From positions 1,760,001-1,824,000 of the forward strand of contig CAVOYH010000003.1 in assembly GCA_963700635.1 (NCBI GenBank): DNA of 64,000 nucleotides, in the 5' to 3' direction. Below the pieces are notes generated by a model, which worked only from the letters and a program-made list of their open reading frames with translations, was not told where the DNA came from and did no database searches. The position numbers and the translations under genes were made by a program. This document shows, piece by piece, positions 30,082 to 38,794 of this stretch. The stretch comes from an uncultured Bacteroidota bacterium (GTDB lineage: Bacteria; Bacteroidota; Ignavibacteria; UBA10030; UBA6906). Each line of letters opens with the position of its first letter. Position 1 is the first letter of the stretch.

Positions 30082-31251
30082 TTACTGCTTGCGAAGGTCT
30101 TTCAATTCAGGAAGTGTAATCCACTTTTTCGCATGCCAGGATTCAATTCCCTTTTCGGCCAGCTGGACTCCCCTGGCGCCTGCCAGCAGGTCCCAGGGGA
30201 ACGGTTCGTCCGCCACGACGTGACGGAGGTAGAGTTCCCACTGCGCCTTGAATGCATTCTCGTATTCCTGCTGGCCTGGAACGAGCATCCACTGGTCGTG
30301 GTAGACCATGGGGCTGTCAATGTCCGGGTTCCATGTCGGCCGGGGGGTTGCGTGTGCTGGCTGCACCCAGCATTCGCGCAATCCGGCTACGGCAGAACCC
30401 AGTGTACCGTCCACCTGAATGGTGAGAAGGTCGTCGCGGCGGACGCGCGTGGTCCATGAGGAGTTGAATTGCGCGACAATCCCACCCTCCAGCTCAAATG
30501 TCGCATACGCGGCATCATCGGCCGTGCATGCGTATTCCGCTCCGGATTCGTCCCAGCGGGTTGGGATATGGGTCGCTCCCAGACATGACACAGCGCGCAC
30601 ACGGCCGAAGATGTTGTCGAGCACATAGCGCCAGTGGCAGAGCATGTCGAAAATAATTCCTCCCCCATCCTCCGACCGGTAGTTCCAGGAGGGCCGCTGG
30701 GCCGGGATGGGTTTTCCTTCGAAAACCCAGTAGCCGAACTCGCCCCGGATGGAGAGGATACGTCCGAAATAGCCGCTCTCGTTGAGCAGACGGAGTTTCA
30801 GAAGGCCCGGGAGCCAGAGTTTGTCCTGGACGACGCCGTGTTTGATCCCTTTGCCTTCTGCGAGCATATACAGCTCATACGCTTCATCGGTGGTCAGTGC
30901 CGACGGTTTCTCGCAGTAGATGTGCTTGCCCGCTTTGATGGCTTCCCGGATGCTTTGCACGCGGAGGTTGGTGATCTGGGCATCGAAATAGATGCGGTTG
31001 TACGAATCAGAGAGTGCTTTCGGAAGGTCGGTGGTCCACCGCGTGATGCCGGCGGACGTGGCGAGCTGTTCCAGACGCCCCGCATTCCGGCCCACAAGAA
31101 TGGGATCGGGCAGAATAACCTCCCGGTCGTTCAGTCGAATTCCCCCCTGGCGGATGATGGCGATAATCGACCGCATGAGGTGCTGATTGGTGCCCATGCG
31201 GCCGGTGACGCCATTCATGATAATGCCGACATGATGTGTTGTTGTAGCCAT
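30082..31251 (-). CDS. Gfo/Idh/MocA family NAD(P)-dependent oxidoreductase
   Basis: IIMNGVTGRMG, HIYCEKP, GGGIIFDMLCHW; RBS GAAAGG before ATG 31251. Confidence 0.92.
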   Translation of the reverse strand: MATTTHHVGIIMNGVTGRMGTNQHLMRSIIAIIRQGGIRLNDREVILPDPILVGRNAGRLEQLATSAGITRWTTDLPKALSDSYNRIYFDAQITNLRVQSIREAIKAGKHIYCEKPSALTTDEAYELYMLAEGKGIKHGVVQDKLWLPGLLKLRLLNESGYFGRILSIRGEFGYWVFEGKPIPAQRPSWNYRSEDGGGIIFDMLCHWRYVLDNIFGRVRAVSCLGATHIPTRWDESGAEYACTADDAAYATFELEGGIVAQFNSSWTTRVRRDDLLTIQVDGTLGSAVAGLRECWVQPAHATPRPTWNPDIDSPMVYHDQWMLVPGQQEYENAFKAQWELYLRHVVADEPFPWDLLAGARGVQLAEKGIESWHAKKWITLPELKDLRKQ

Positions 31252-31277
31252 GCGATACCTTTCCGGGTGGTGGTGCT

Positions 31278-31727
31278 TCAGTTCTCGGGCGTATCGGTGC
31301 ACTGGGGGGACGCCCCCCGGGGTAGTGGTGGAGCCTCAGATCCGGCACGCGGGAGAGTTCCGTCCAGCTCCTGGCGCCAATGAGCGACGTCGCCCGCCGG
31401 CCCGTAGCAATACACCATGCGCAGGGGAGTGTCACCCATGTTGGTAATTTGATGAAATACTCTGGACGGAATAAAGACGGCCTGGCCCGTTCTCACGGTC
31501 TGCCGTTCCTCGCCCAGGCACATTTCCGCTGTCCCTTCTATGATGTAGTAGACCTCTTCCTGATCCTGGTTGTGCCACGGCACCTGACCGCCGTGTGGGT
31601 CGAGCGTGACATGTCCCATGGCGAAGTTGCGTGCCTGGATCGGGGACACGCCGCCGACGAGATTCTGCGTTCTGCGTCGGGCGGGGTACCGTCGTCCGTC
31701 GATCGTTGCCAGGTCCGCTATGATCAT
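31278..31727 (-). CDS. Cupin_2 domain protein
   Basis: VPWHNQDQEEVYYIIEG...VFIPSRVFHQITN. Confidence 0.88.
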   Translation of the reverse strand: MIIADLATIDGRRYPARRRTQNLVGGVSPIQARNFAMGHVTLDPHGGQVPWHNQDQEEVYYIIEGTAEMCLGEERQTVRTGQAVFIPSRVFHQITNMGDTPLRMVYCYGPAGDVAHWRQELDGTLPRAGSEAPPLPRGASPQCTDTPEN

Positions 31728-31793
31728 TACCGTCTTCTCCTCGAGTCAGAAACCCAATATAAGAAAATGCCCGCGGTCATGCTGGAGATTTTT

Positions 31794-32624
31794 CTACTGC
31801 TGTGCTTCTGCAACAGGTGTCAGTCGTTGCCGCAAAAGCTCCATCATGAAGACTACAACCTCCTGGATGTCGGCGACTGGCAGACGGGTGAAAGGGGCTG
31901 CGGGCATGTAGGGGTGTGGTCCGAACTCGGGGCACACTGCGGTGAACGGTGCACCGCTGTGCGCTCGCGTGCGGACGATTTCCTCCCACCACCCGAAGTG
32001 TGTGTCCAGTTCGGACTGCCACTCGGGAGCCCGGGGATCGTTCACCTGCGGCCCTTCCATGTGCCCGACGCGCGCATGGATGTATCCGGCGTGAGCGACA
32101 GCGAGTGCGAGTGTCTCCTGCTGGTCCTGAAGGAGGGACTCGTGAACACAGCACCAGTGAGAAAAATCGGCATTGAGCTGAAGCGATGGAAGTGCCTCGA
32201 GCAGGGCGCGCGTGGAAAGCGTGCTGAACGTGGCCCGTCCCCGGTGCGTTTCGTGACAGATCGGAACGCCGCTCTCTTCGCTCAGGACGAGACTCGTGCG
32301 GAAGATCTTCAGGTTGTCGTCAAGGGAAAAGATGTCTCGTCCGGTGTGACAGTTGATGAGAATCGGTTTGTATTGGATCGCAGCAGCGAACCGTTCTTCG
32401 AGGGAGGCACAGTGCTCGTCGGCGGTACGCCCCTCGGTGGTTATCATGGCAACGAATTTCAATTCGAGCGCCTCATGACGCTCGATGCATTCCTGCGGTG
32501 ATGCATGGAGCGAAGGGAGATGGATCTCGGATCCATCAAAGCCCCACCCATACACCTTTTCCAGGAATTGCTCCAATGGGAGTGCATCGAGGTCCCATTT
32601 CGATCGAATCACGAGAAGCTCCAT
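31794..32624 (-). CDS. Sugar phosphate isomerase/epimerase (xylose isomerase-like TIM barrel)
   Basis: GFDGSE, NCHTGRD, HETHRGR, ADFSHWCCVHE, HARVG, PEFGP; start moved to ATG 32624 (MELLVIRSKW). Confidence 0.85.
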   Translation of the reverse strand: MELLVIRSKWDLDALPLEQFLEKVYGWGFDGSEIHLPSLHASPQECIERHEALELKFVAMITTEGRTADEHCASLEERFAAAIQYKPILINCHTGRDIFSLDDNLKIFRTSLVLSEESGVPICHETHRGRATFSTLSTRALLEALPSLQLNADFSHWCCVHESLLQDQQETLALAVAHAGYIHARVGHMEGPQVNDPRAPEWQSELDTHFGWWEEIVRTRAHSGAPFTAVCPEFGPHPYMPAAPFTRLPVADIQEVVVFMMELLRQRLTPVAEAQQ

Positions 32625-32679
32625 CAGGTCATCCGTGCTGGTGGGAGAGTATGGATGGGGGCCGGACCGACTGCGCCCC

Positions 32680-35316
32680 TCATGTATAGTTGAGTACAAG
32701 CGTTGTTTCGCGGCCGGCGGGTAGGCGGAAAAGGAGACGGGCAGGGTGCCCGGGAAGTGACGTTGGTGGAAGGTTGACGTTCTCCCGCGCATCAACATCA
32801 AGGTCTGCTTCGCAGCCGGCCGGGATACGGACGGTCAGTTGCCTGTTCCCCTTCTCGCCTTCCGTCTGGAAAAACAGTTCTCCCCGGGGAGTTGGTACCG
32901 CGAGCGTCACTGTCGTAAGATCGGCAGGCTGGGGTCTGATGCGACAACGTGCGAAGCCCGGAGCCGTGGGGGTGATCCCCGCAACTCCCATGAACAGGAG
33001 ATAGAGCGGTACAACCGCGCAATGGCTCCAGAGGTCGCTGCTGTCCGGTTTTGCGTCCCAGACCTCTGCGATCGTGTTGTTCAGAATGACGGAATCCATC
33101 CGGGCCCACCGGTTCCTGAATTCGTTGAGGATCACGTCAGTCCGGCCTCCCCGCGCCAGTGCCCAGTAGCGCCAGCATGCATTGGCGGGGTAGGAGAGTC
33201 CCATCTGGGGGGGAGGGTCGGCGAGCGACTCCAGCGATGGTCCGGTTCGACCTTCCGGGCAGAAATCAAAAAGGAGAGCGGTTGCGGTTGAGCGGTCGCA
33301 GAGGCGAGGCTGTTTCTGTTCTCCGAGCCAGGGGAGGTTGATGATGAACCTGCCTTCGTCATCACTCCAGAATGCGCGCACGGCGGCGTGATGGATGTCA
33401 TCGCTCATCTGTTCTGCAAACTCCGCCCATCGGCTTTCGCCGTACGCGCGTGCGAGCGGGGCGAATGCATGGCGGAGCATTGCCGCAGCGTAGAGATTGA
33501 ACGCACACTGCTTGTGTTCCTGATGTCCGCGGGCATAGGCATAGTGATCCATCCAGACGTTCGGCAGTCCGAGTCCTGTGACCGGAAGGAGCCCGTCGCC
33601 GGCGCGGATCCGATGGAGGTAGTCGACGAATCGCTGATACCGGGTCCACGGCTCCCGCACGGCGACCAGATCGCCCGTGTAGAGATAGTGGTGATAACAA
33701 TCGAAACCGAATCCGATGCTGTGGTCGAGCAGGGGTCCCCAGATCGTCATGTCGATCTGCCGCTCCATGGTGCGGGCGAGACGATCGTAGGCCGGCCAGC
33801 AATCGAAGAAGTAGCCATCGAGCATGAGGCCCTGGCTGAACGTGGAGAGGAATCGGGCCGGGAGCCGCCGTTCGCCGAAGGCCAGATACACTGCGTGGAG
33901 CTGGTGCGAACCGTCCCCGCTGTACTGCTGACGCTCGCGTCCCATACCGTCGACCGCAGTTTCCTGGGCGGAATTCAATAGAGTGTTGACAGAGGCGTCC
34001 ATGAGTCGCTGTAAGGCTGGTTCGTTCACCCGGACAACGGGCGTGACGGGCCAGGGGAAGACTCTGCGAAGGACGCCCACGTTGCGGATGCTGACGGGGC
34101 CGCGTGTCCCGCGGCAATGGATCTGGAGCCAGCGACAGCTCTCAAAATCGAACGTCTGGAAGGTTTCTCCCCCTCCCGCGCAGATGAATCGGGCCCACGA
34201 ATGGAAATGCGTATTCAGAAGAGGCGGCCCCCCTATCGTATGCCCTTCCTGCACCATGACTTCTATAATGGTGCCCGGCGGGGCTTCGATGGAGAAGAAG
34301 GGGAAACCGACGATCTGCTCGTCAAGTTCAAAGGTCAGTGCCACGGAGGAAATGCCATCGAGATCGAAATCCCAGCGGTTGGGTTCAGGCGCCCGGACAT
34401 CCGTTGCCGAGGTCTGGAACGCATCGGGAGCCAGCACATCAAAGTACTCGTCCGCCGGACGGAGCCAGGTAATGGCATGCGCTTCGGAAAGTTGCCGCAC
34501 GAGGACCGGGTGTTCGTCCAGCATTGGAATGCTGCGTGGGACAAGTGCAGATATTGTCCGGTCTGCGCGCGTATCGAGGAGATCGTCCGGGTGCGTGGAA
34601 CAGGAAGGCGGCAGGTTTGCGGGACACTGCAGGGTGAGCGGAGGCAGCCAGTCACTGTCAGGTGAGAACGCCGGCAGTTCCCATCCCCGGGGATGGCGTC
34701 GCGCGTCGAAGATCTCTTGAAAAGAGCGAACGTACCAGCGTTTGTACTGGCCGGGTTTCCAGGCCCGCGAAAGGTGGCACAGCCATTGCCGGTCGCTGGC
34801 GATGCTCTGTTTCGAACCATCTGTGCACTGCACATCGAGCGAAAAGATGAATCCCGGTTTTCCGATCGGGTGTGTGCCGTCGCCATGGCCATAGTACAGC
34901 ACGGTAACGCCGATCGTATGAGTTCCGGGAGCAAGAAAGGCCGTTACACTGATGGGATCGATTTCCATGCGGCGGGGGTCGGACGGCGCCGGTCCCCATT
35001 GCACTCGCTGTCCGTCAATGGTGAGGAGGTAGCGGCTGTCGGCGGCGATCCACCCGGTGGCATGTGTTACGGGTGAGGTGATGACGATATTCCGGCGGAA
35101 CAGGACGACCGTATTCGGTAGTGTCCGCCAGGACGGATACCAGAGCCATTCGGCGGGCGAGAGATCCAGGGTCATGGTCGCGTCTGCGTGCGGAATCGGT
35201 GCTGGTCTGGGAGGGTGCACGGATGAAACCTGTGACGGGTGAATGGTCCCCGGGAGGAGACTGAGCAGTGCGCCTCCGCTGGCGGCATGTTTCAGGAATG
35301 AACGTCGGTTGGACAT
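32680..35316 (-). CDS. GH78 alpha-L-rhamnosidase-like protein with Tat signal
   Basis: MSNRRSFLK Tat motif; ADSRYLL..DG, VDGMGRERQQYSGD, SHCAVVPLY...GITPTAPGF...IRPQ. Confidence 0.85.
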   Translation of the reverse strand: MSNRRSFLKHAASGGALLSLLPGTIHPSQVSSVHPPRPAPIPHADATMTLDLSPAEWLWYPSWRTLPNTVVLFRRNIVITSPVTHATGWIAADSRYLLTIDGQRVQWGPAPSDPRRMEIDPISVTAFLAPGTHTIGVTVLYYGHGDGTHPIGKPGFIFSLDVQCTDGSKQSIASDRQWLCHLSRAWKPGQYKRWYVRSFQEIFDARRHPRGWELPAFSPDSDWLPPLTLQCPANLPPSCSTHPDDLLDTRADRTISALVPRSIPMLDEHPVLVRQLSEAHAITWLRPADEYFDVLAPDAFQTSATDVRAPEPNRWDFDLDGISSVALTFELDEQIVGFPFFSIEAPPGTIIEVMVQEGHTIGGPPLLNTHFHSWARFICAGGGETFQTFDFESCRWLQIHCRGTRGPVSIRNVGVLRRVFPWPVTPVVRVNEPALQRLMDASVNTLLNSAQETAVDGMGRERQQYSGDGSHQLHAVYLAFGERRLPARFLSTFSQGLMLDGYFFDCWPAYDRLARTMERQIDMTIWGPLLDHSIGFGFDCYHHYLYTGDLVAVREPWTRYQRFVDYLHRIRAGDGLLPVTGLGLPNVWMDHYAYARGHQEHKQCAFNLYAAAMLRHAFAPLARAYGESRWAEFAEQMSDDIHHAAVRAFWSDDEGRFIINLPWLGEQKQPRLCDRSTATALLFDFCPEGRTGPSLESLADPPPQMGLSYPANACWRYWALARGGRTDVILNEFRNRWARMDSVILNNTIAEVWDAKPDSSDLWSHCAVVPLYLLFMGVAGITPTAPGFARCRIRPQPADLTTVTLAVPTPRGELFFQTEGEKGNRQLTVRIPAGCEADLDVDARENVNLPPTSLPGHPARLLFRLPAGRETTLVLNYT

Positions 35317-35337
35317 AGATGGACGGGGATAGGACGC

Positions 35338-35366
35338 AGTATGGGAGAAATCGGGGAGAATGTCAA
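35338..35366 (-). promoter_or_regulatory. sigma70 promoter of the leftward (GH78) arm
   Basis: Minus strand TTGACA (35366-35361), 17 nt, CATACT (35343-35338). Confidence 0.7.
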
Positions 35367-35398
35367 GACTGCGCAAATCTTCTTTTGGTGAAAAGGAC

Positions 35399-35427
35399 TT
35401 GACAATGCAGGAACATTCCCTTATACT
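35399..35427 (+). promoter_or_regulatory. Near-consensus sigma70 promoter of the TonB receptor operon
   Basis: TTGACA (35399-35404), 17 nt, TATACT (35422-35427). Confidence 0.85.
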
Positions 35428-35432
35428 TCAAC

Positions 35433-35460
35433 TGTAAAACACTGTTCTGTTAGTGAAACA
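35433..35460. promoter_or_regulatory. Putative IclR/KdgR-like operator over the predicted transcription start
   Basis: TGTAAAACACTGTTCTGTTAGTGAAACA; same pattern and spacing as the site upstream of iclR (57933-57960). Confidence 0.6.
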
Positions 35461-35704
35461 AAATGCCGGGTGGGATACCACCTTCCTCGCGATGAGGGCC
35501 TTCTGGCGGTTGTGTACGGTGTTTTCCAACTTCTCCGCACATCTTGTTCATACGCAATTCTCCAACAGGCTTGATCGCATCCGTGCTCCGATACACTTCA
35601 TGTGAACCGGTTGAACACAGGGTACAATTCACCAACGGATTGGTGCACGCAGTACTGTCCTCGCACGCATTCCAACACAAACAACACTCATAAGGAGGAA
35701 CGAC

Positions 35705-38700
35705 ATGAGGCAACCATGGTACAAGTTCCCGTTGTGTCTCCTGCTGGCCCTGTTCGTGGCCATACCCGCATTTGCAGGGAACGGGAAGATCAGCGGTGTC
35801 GTCAAAGGTGCCGATGGCCAGGCGGTCGTCGGTGCCAACGTGACTGTCGAAGGGACGACACTTGGTGCTTCGGTTAATGTGGAGGGGAACTACTTTATTC
35901 TGAACGTCCCTCCAGGGACCTACCGGTTGCGGACGTCCGCGGTCGGCTTCACGCCCAAAGTGGTCGCGGGTGTGCAAGTCGGTCAGGACCAGATCGTAAC
36001 CATCGACGTCACGATGCAAAGTGAAGCCGTCGGCCTTGAGGAAGTTGTGGTTCAGGCCGACCGGCCGGTCGTCGACAAAAGTCAGACATCGTCGAAATCC
36101 ACCCTGCGCAATGATGAAATTGAAAGCCTCCCCGTCCGTTCGGCGGTGGGACTTGTGGCCACTTCGGCCAGCGCTTTCAACGGCTTCATCCGCGGCGGGC
36201 GTGTGACCGAGACCAAGACGATTGTGGACGGTGTGGACATCACCGACTCGTACTACGCGTATGAGGGGGACAACTATCACACGCCGTTCAAGAGATACAA
36301 CAGCGTTCCGCGCTATCAGGGTGCCGAGCTGAGCAATATCGGCGGACTGAACTTCTCCTCGGTAGAGCAGATGAACATCAACACGGGCGCCGTTGGTGCA
36401 GAGTACTCCTCGGCGACGGCAGGCGTCATCAACTACTCGCTGGCCGAAGGCCGCGGAGCCCTCAAGGGCAACCTGCTGGCCCGCGTGAGCCAGTTTGGCG
36501 GTCTGTCCTACGGAGGTCCGGACGTGTACTGGGACGGCTACGTTTATGACGCAGAAAAATATACGCTGAACCGGAGAGTCGACTCCCTTCGCAGCCTTCG
36601 CTCGGGTGGAGCTGCGGGCTCGGCCTATCAGACCCTCGTGTCCGACAGCGCTCGTCTGGATCGCTACACTTGGACCAAGGACAAATACATCAAGGAGAGC
36701 CCACAGCTGGAATTTGAGGGTTCGTTGAGTGGCAACCTCGCGGAAAACTGGGGCTTCTTCTTCACGGGCAAGTACTTCAACTCTTATGGCCGGCTCCCGA
36801 ACGAGTTCAACCGGCAGATCAACCTCACGTTGAAGACCAACTACAGCATCAGCGGCGACATGAAGCTGTCGGCCTTTGGTATCCTCACAGATCGCGGCGA
36901 GATCTTTGGCTGGAAGAACCGCGGCTACCAGGAGGGCTCACGCTTCTTCCTGGACGGCACGCCGAAGAACAATGGTGCCGATATTATCGGAAGCCTGAAG
37001 TGGACGCATGTGCTTGACCCTTCATCGTACTATGAGATTCAGGCAAGCATCGTTAACAGCAACACCGGGACCGGCTATTCCGATGACAACGGCGACGGGA
37101 TCTGTACCATCGCCGAAGACGGCGACTTCCTCACGATGGCGACCCTTGCGGAAGCCAACAAGTACATCTCCAACACCGATCTGACAAAGTTCTTCCGGAA
37201 TCAGGACGAGCAGGCCAGCTCCACCAGCTATCAGTTCCAGGCTGGCGGCACGACAGCCCGTCTGAGCCGCCCGGCGTTCTTCTATGAGAAGTTCAAAAAC
37301 CGGGTGATGTCGTTCAAAGGTGACTACACCAACCAGGTCACGGACAATCACCGTCTCCAGGCTGGTGCCCAGGTTCGCATGACCGAACTGGACATGACCC
37401 GCCGGGCGTCGTTCCTTGGCGCGCTGGATGCCAAGAAGCAGTTCTACAATGAAGTCTGGAACGTCAAACCGATGGAGATGGGCTTCTACCTGCAGGACCG
37501 GATGGAATATGCGGGCCTGATCATCAACGTCGGTGCCCGCCTCGACATGTGGGACCCGGATGCGAACGACTTCACGAACTACTTCGCCCCGTATCTGGAT
37601 CAGACCGTAAACTATGACACGCTCCCCGGCGTGGCGACAACGATCAAGGAACGTGTGACGCAACGTGAGCGGAAAGTGGACCCCTACTGGTTCTTCTCTC
37701 CACGCGTCGGTGTGTCGCACCCGATTTCCGACGTTGCCGCGATGTACTTCTCGTACTCGCGCAACTTCACGCCGCCGCCGTACTCCCGTATGTTCTCCAG
37801 CTACGACAATTTTGGCAACCTCTCGCTGCCGAACGATCCCAGCGTGCGCCAGGAGCCCTACCGCTCCAACAACTATGAAATCGGCGTGCAGTGGGAATTT
37901 CTGCCGAAGTTCGGGCTGAATTTCACCGCGTATCTGCGTGACATTGAGAACTACGGCTACAGCGGTTTTACCGTCATACCGCGCTCTGGTCCCACCGGAA
38001 CTACCTATGGTCTGGGGTTCTCGTCCGGATATGCTGATTCCCGTGGAGTGGAAATCACTCTGACGGCCCAGCGCCATCAGCTGGCCGATTTTGTGACCTT
38101 GACAGGTCAGGCTGCGTATTCGTACACCTACATCAAGGCGTCCGGGTTTGTGGGCAATGACAAGCTACATCAGACCACCTTCAGCACGTCGAACGGCGAC
38201 AGTGCCCGCCTCGCAGGGGACCTTCCGTTCGATGATACGAAGTTCTACAACAAGGTCCAGAACAACATCGTTGGCGGCTCCAGCACGCTCACGGGCGGAT
38301 TCGACCGCACGCACCGGATCACCTATCAGTTCGTGCTTGCGTTCCCCGAAGACATCACGCTGGCGTCGGTCGGCACGTTCCAGAGCGGCTTCTTCTACGC
38401 TCTCCAGAGCGTCGATCCACGCAGCAAAGGGCGCGAGCTCGCAGAAGGTCCCTGGAACAAGAACGTGAGCCTGCGTCTGGAGAAGGGATTCTCATTCAGC
38501 GGCATTCATGTTGCAGTGTTTGCGGATGTTGAGAACCTCTTCAACTGGCAGAACATCATCGGTTACGACAACACCACGACTGGTGCGACTCTCTGGGAGG
38601 ATACCAACGCTGGAAAGGCGAAGGATCCTGTGACTAATGAAGTGCTCGGACCCGATCCGACCGGCTCCAAGAGGCGTCCGGTGGGTGAAGACGGTACATA

Positions 38701-38752
38701 CTTCTACGGGTTCCCGCGGGAGTTCTACTTCGGCGTCCGGGTGAACTTCTAA
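35705..38752 (+). CDS. TonB-dependent receptor with N-terminal carboxypeptidase-regulatory-like domain
   Basis: Signal peptide; GKISGVV...GANVTVEGT..GA...G.YFILNVPPGTY; plug IRGGR...VDGV, GAEY..A..GVIN; YLQDRMEY, FSPRVGVSHPI; C-terminal FGVRVNF; RBS TAAGGAGG. Confidence 0.92.
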   Translation: MRQPWYKFPLCLLLALFVAIPAFAGNGKISGVVKGADGQAVVGANVTVEGTTLGASVNVEGNYFILNVPPGTYRLRTSAVGFTPKVVAGVQVGQDQIVTIDVTMQSEAVGLEEVVVQADRPVVDKSQTSSKSTLRNDEIESLPVRSAVGLVATSASAFNGFIRGGRVTETKTIVDGVDITDSYYAYEGDNYHTPFKRYNSVPRYQGAELSNIGGLNFSSVEQMNINTGAVGAEYSSATAGVINYSLAEGRGALKGNLLARVSQFGGLSYGGPDVYWDGYVYDAEKYTLNRRVDSLRSLRSGGAAGSAYQTLVSDSARLDRYTWTKDKYIKESPQLEFEGSLSGNLAENWGFFFTGKYFNSYGRLPNEFNRQINLTLKTNYSISGDMKLSAFGILTDRGEIFGWKNRGYQEGSRFFLDGTPKNNGADIIGSLKWTHVLDPSSYYEIQASIVNSNTGTGYSDDNGDGICTIAEDGDFLTMATLAEANKYISNTDLTKFFRNQDEQASSTSYQFQAGGTTARLSRPAFFYEKFKNRVMSFKGDYTNQVTDNHRLQAGAQVRMTELDMTRRASFLGALDAKKQFYNEVWNVKPMEMGFYLQDRMEYAGLIINVGARLDMWDPDANDFTNYFAPYLDQTVNYDTLPGVATTIKERVTQRERKVDPYWFFSPRVGVSHPISDVAAMYFSYSRNFTPPPYSRMFSSYDNFGNLSLPNDPSVRQEPYRSNNYEIGVQWEFLPKFGLNFTAYLRDIENYGYSGFTVIPRSGPTGTTYGLGFSSGYADSRGVEITLTAQRHQLADFVTLTGQAAYSYTYIKASGFVGNDKLHQTTFSTSNGDSARLAGDLPFDDTKFYNKVQNNIVGGSSTLTGGFDRTHRITYQFVLAFPEDITLASVGTFQSGFFYALQSVDPRSKGRELAEGPWNKNVSLRLEKGFSFSGIHVAVFADVENLFNWQNIIGYDNTTTGATLWEDTNAGKAKDPVTNEVLGPDPTGSKRRPVGEDGTYFYGFPREFYFGVRVNF

Positions 38753-38794
38753 GCCCGACCACGAATCGCGAATACTGATCAAAGGAGTATAAGC

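Noticed and set aside
35450-36280. 276-aa minus-strand ORF over the TonB receptor leader
   Set aside because: Mostly antisense to the receptor gene, with no motifs.
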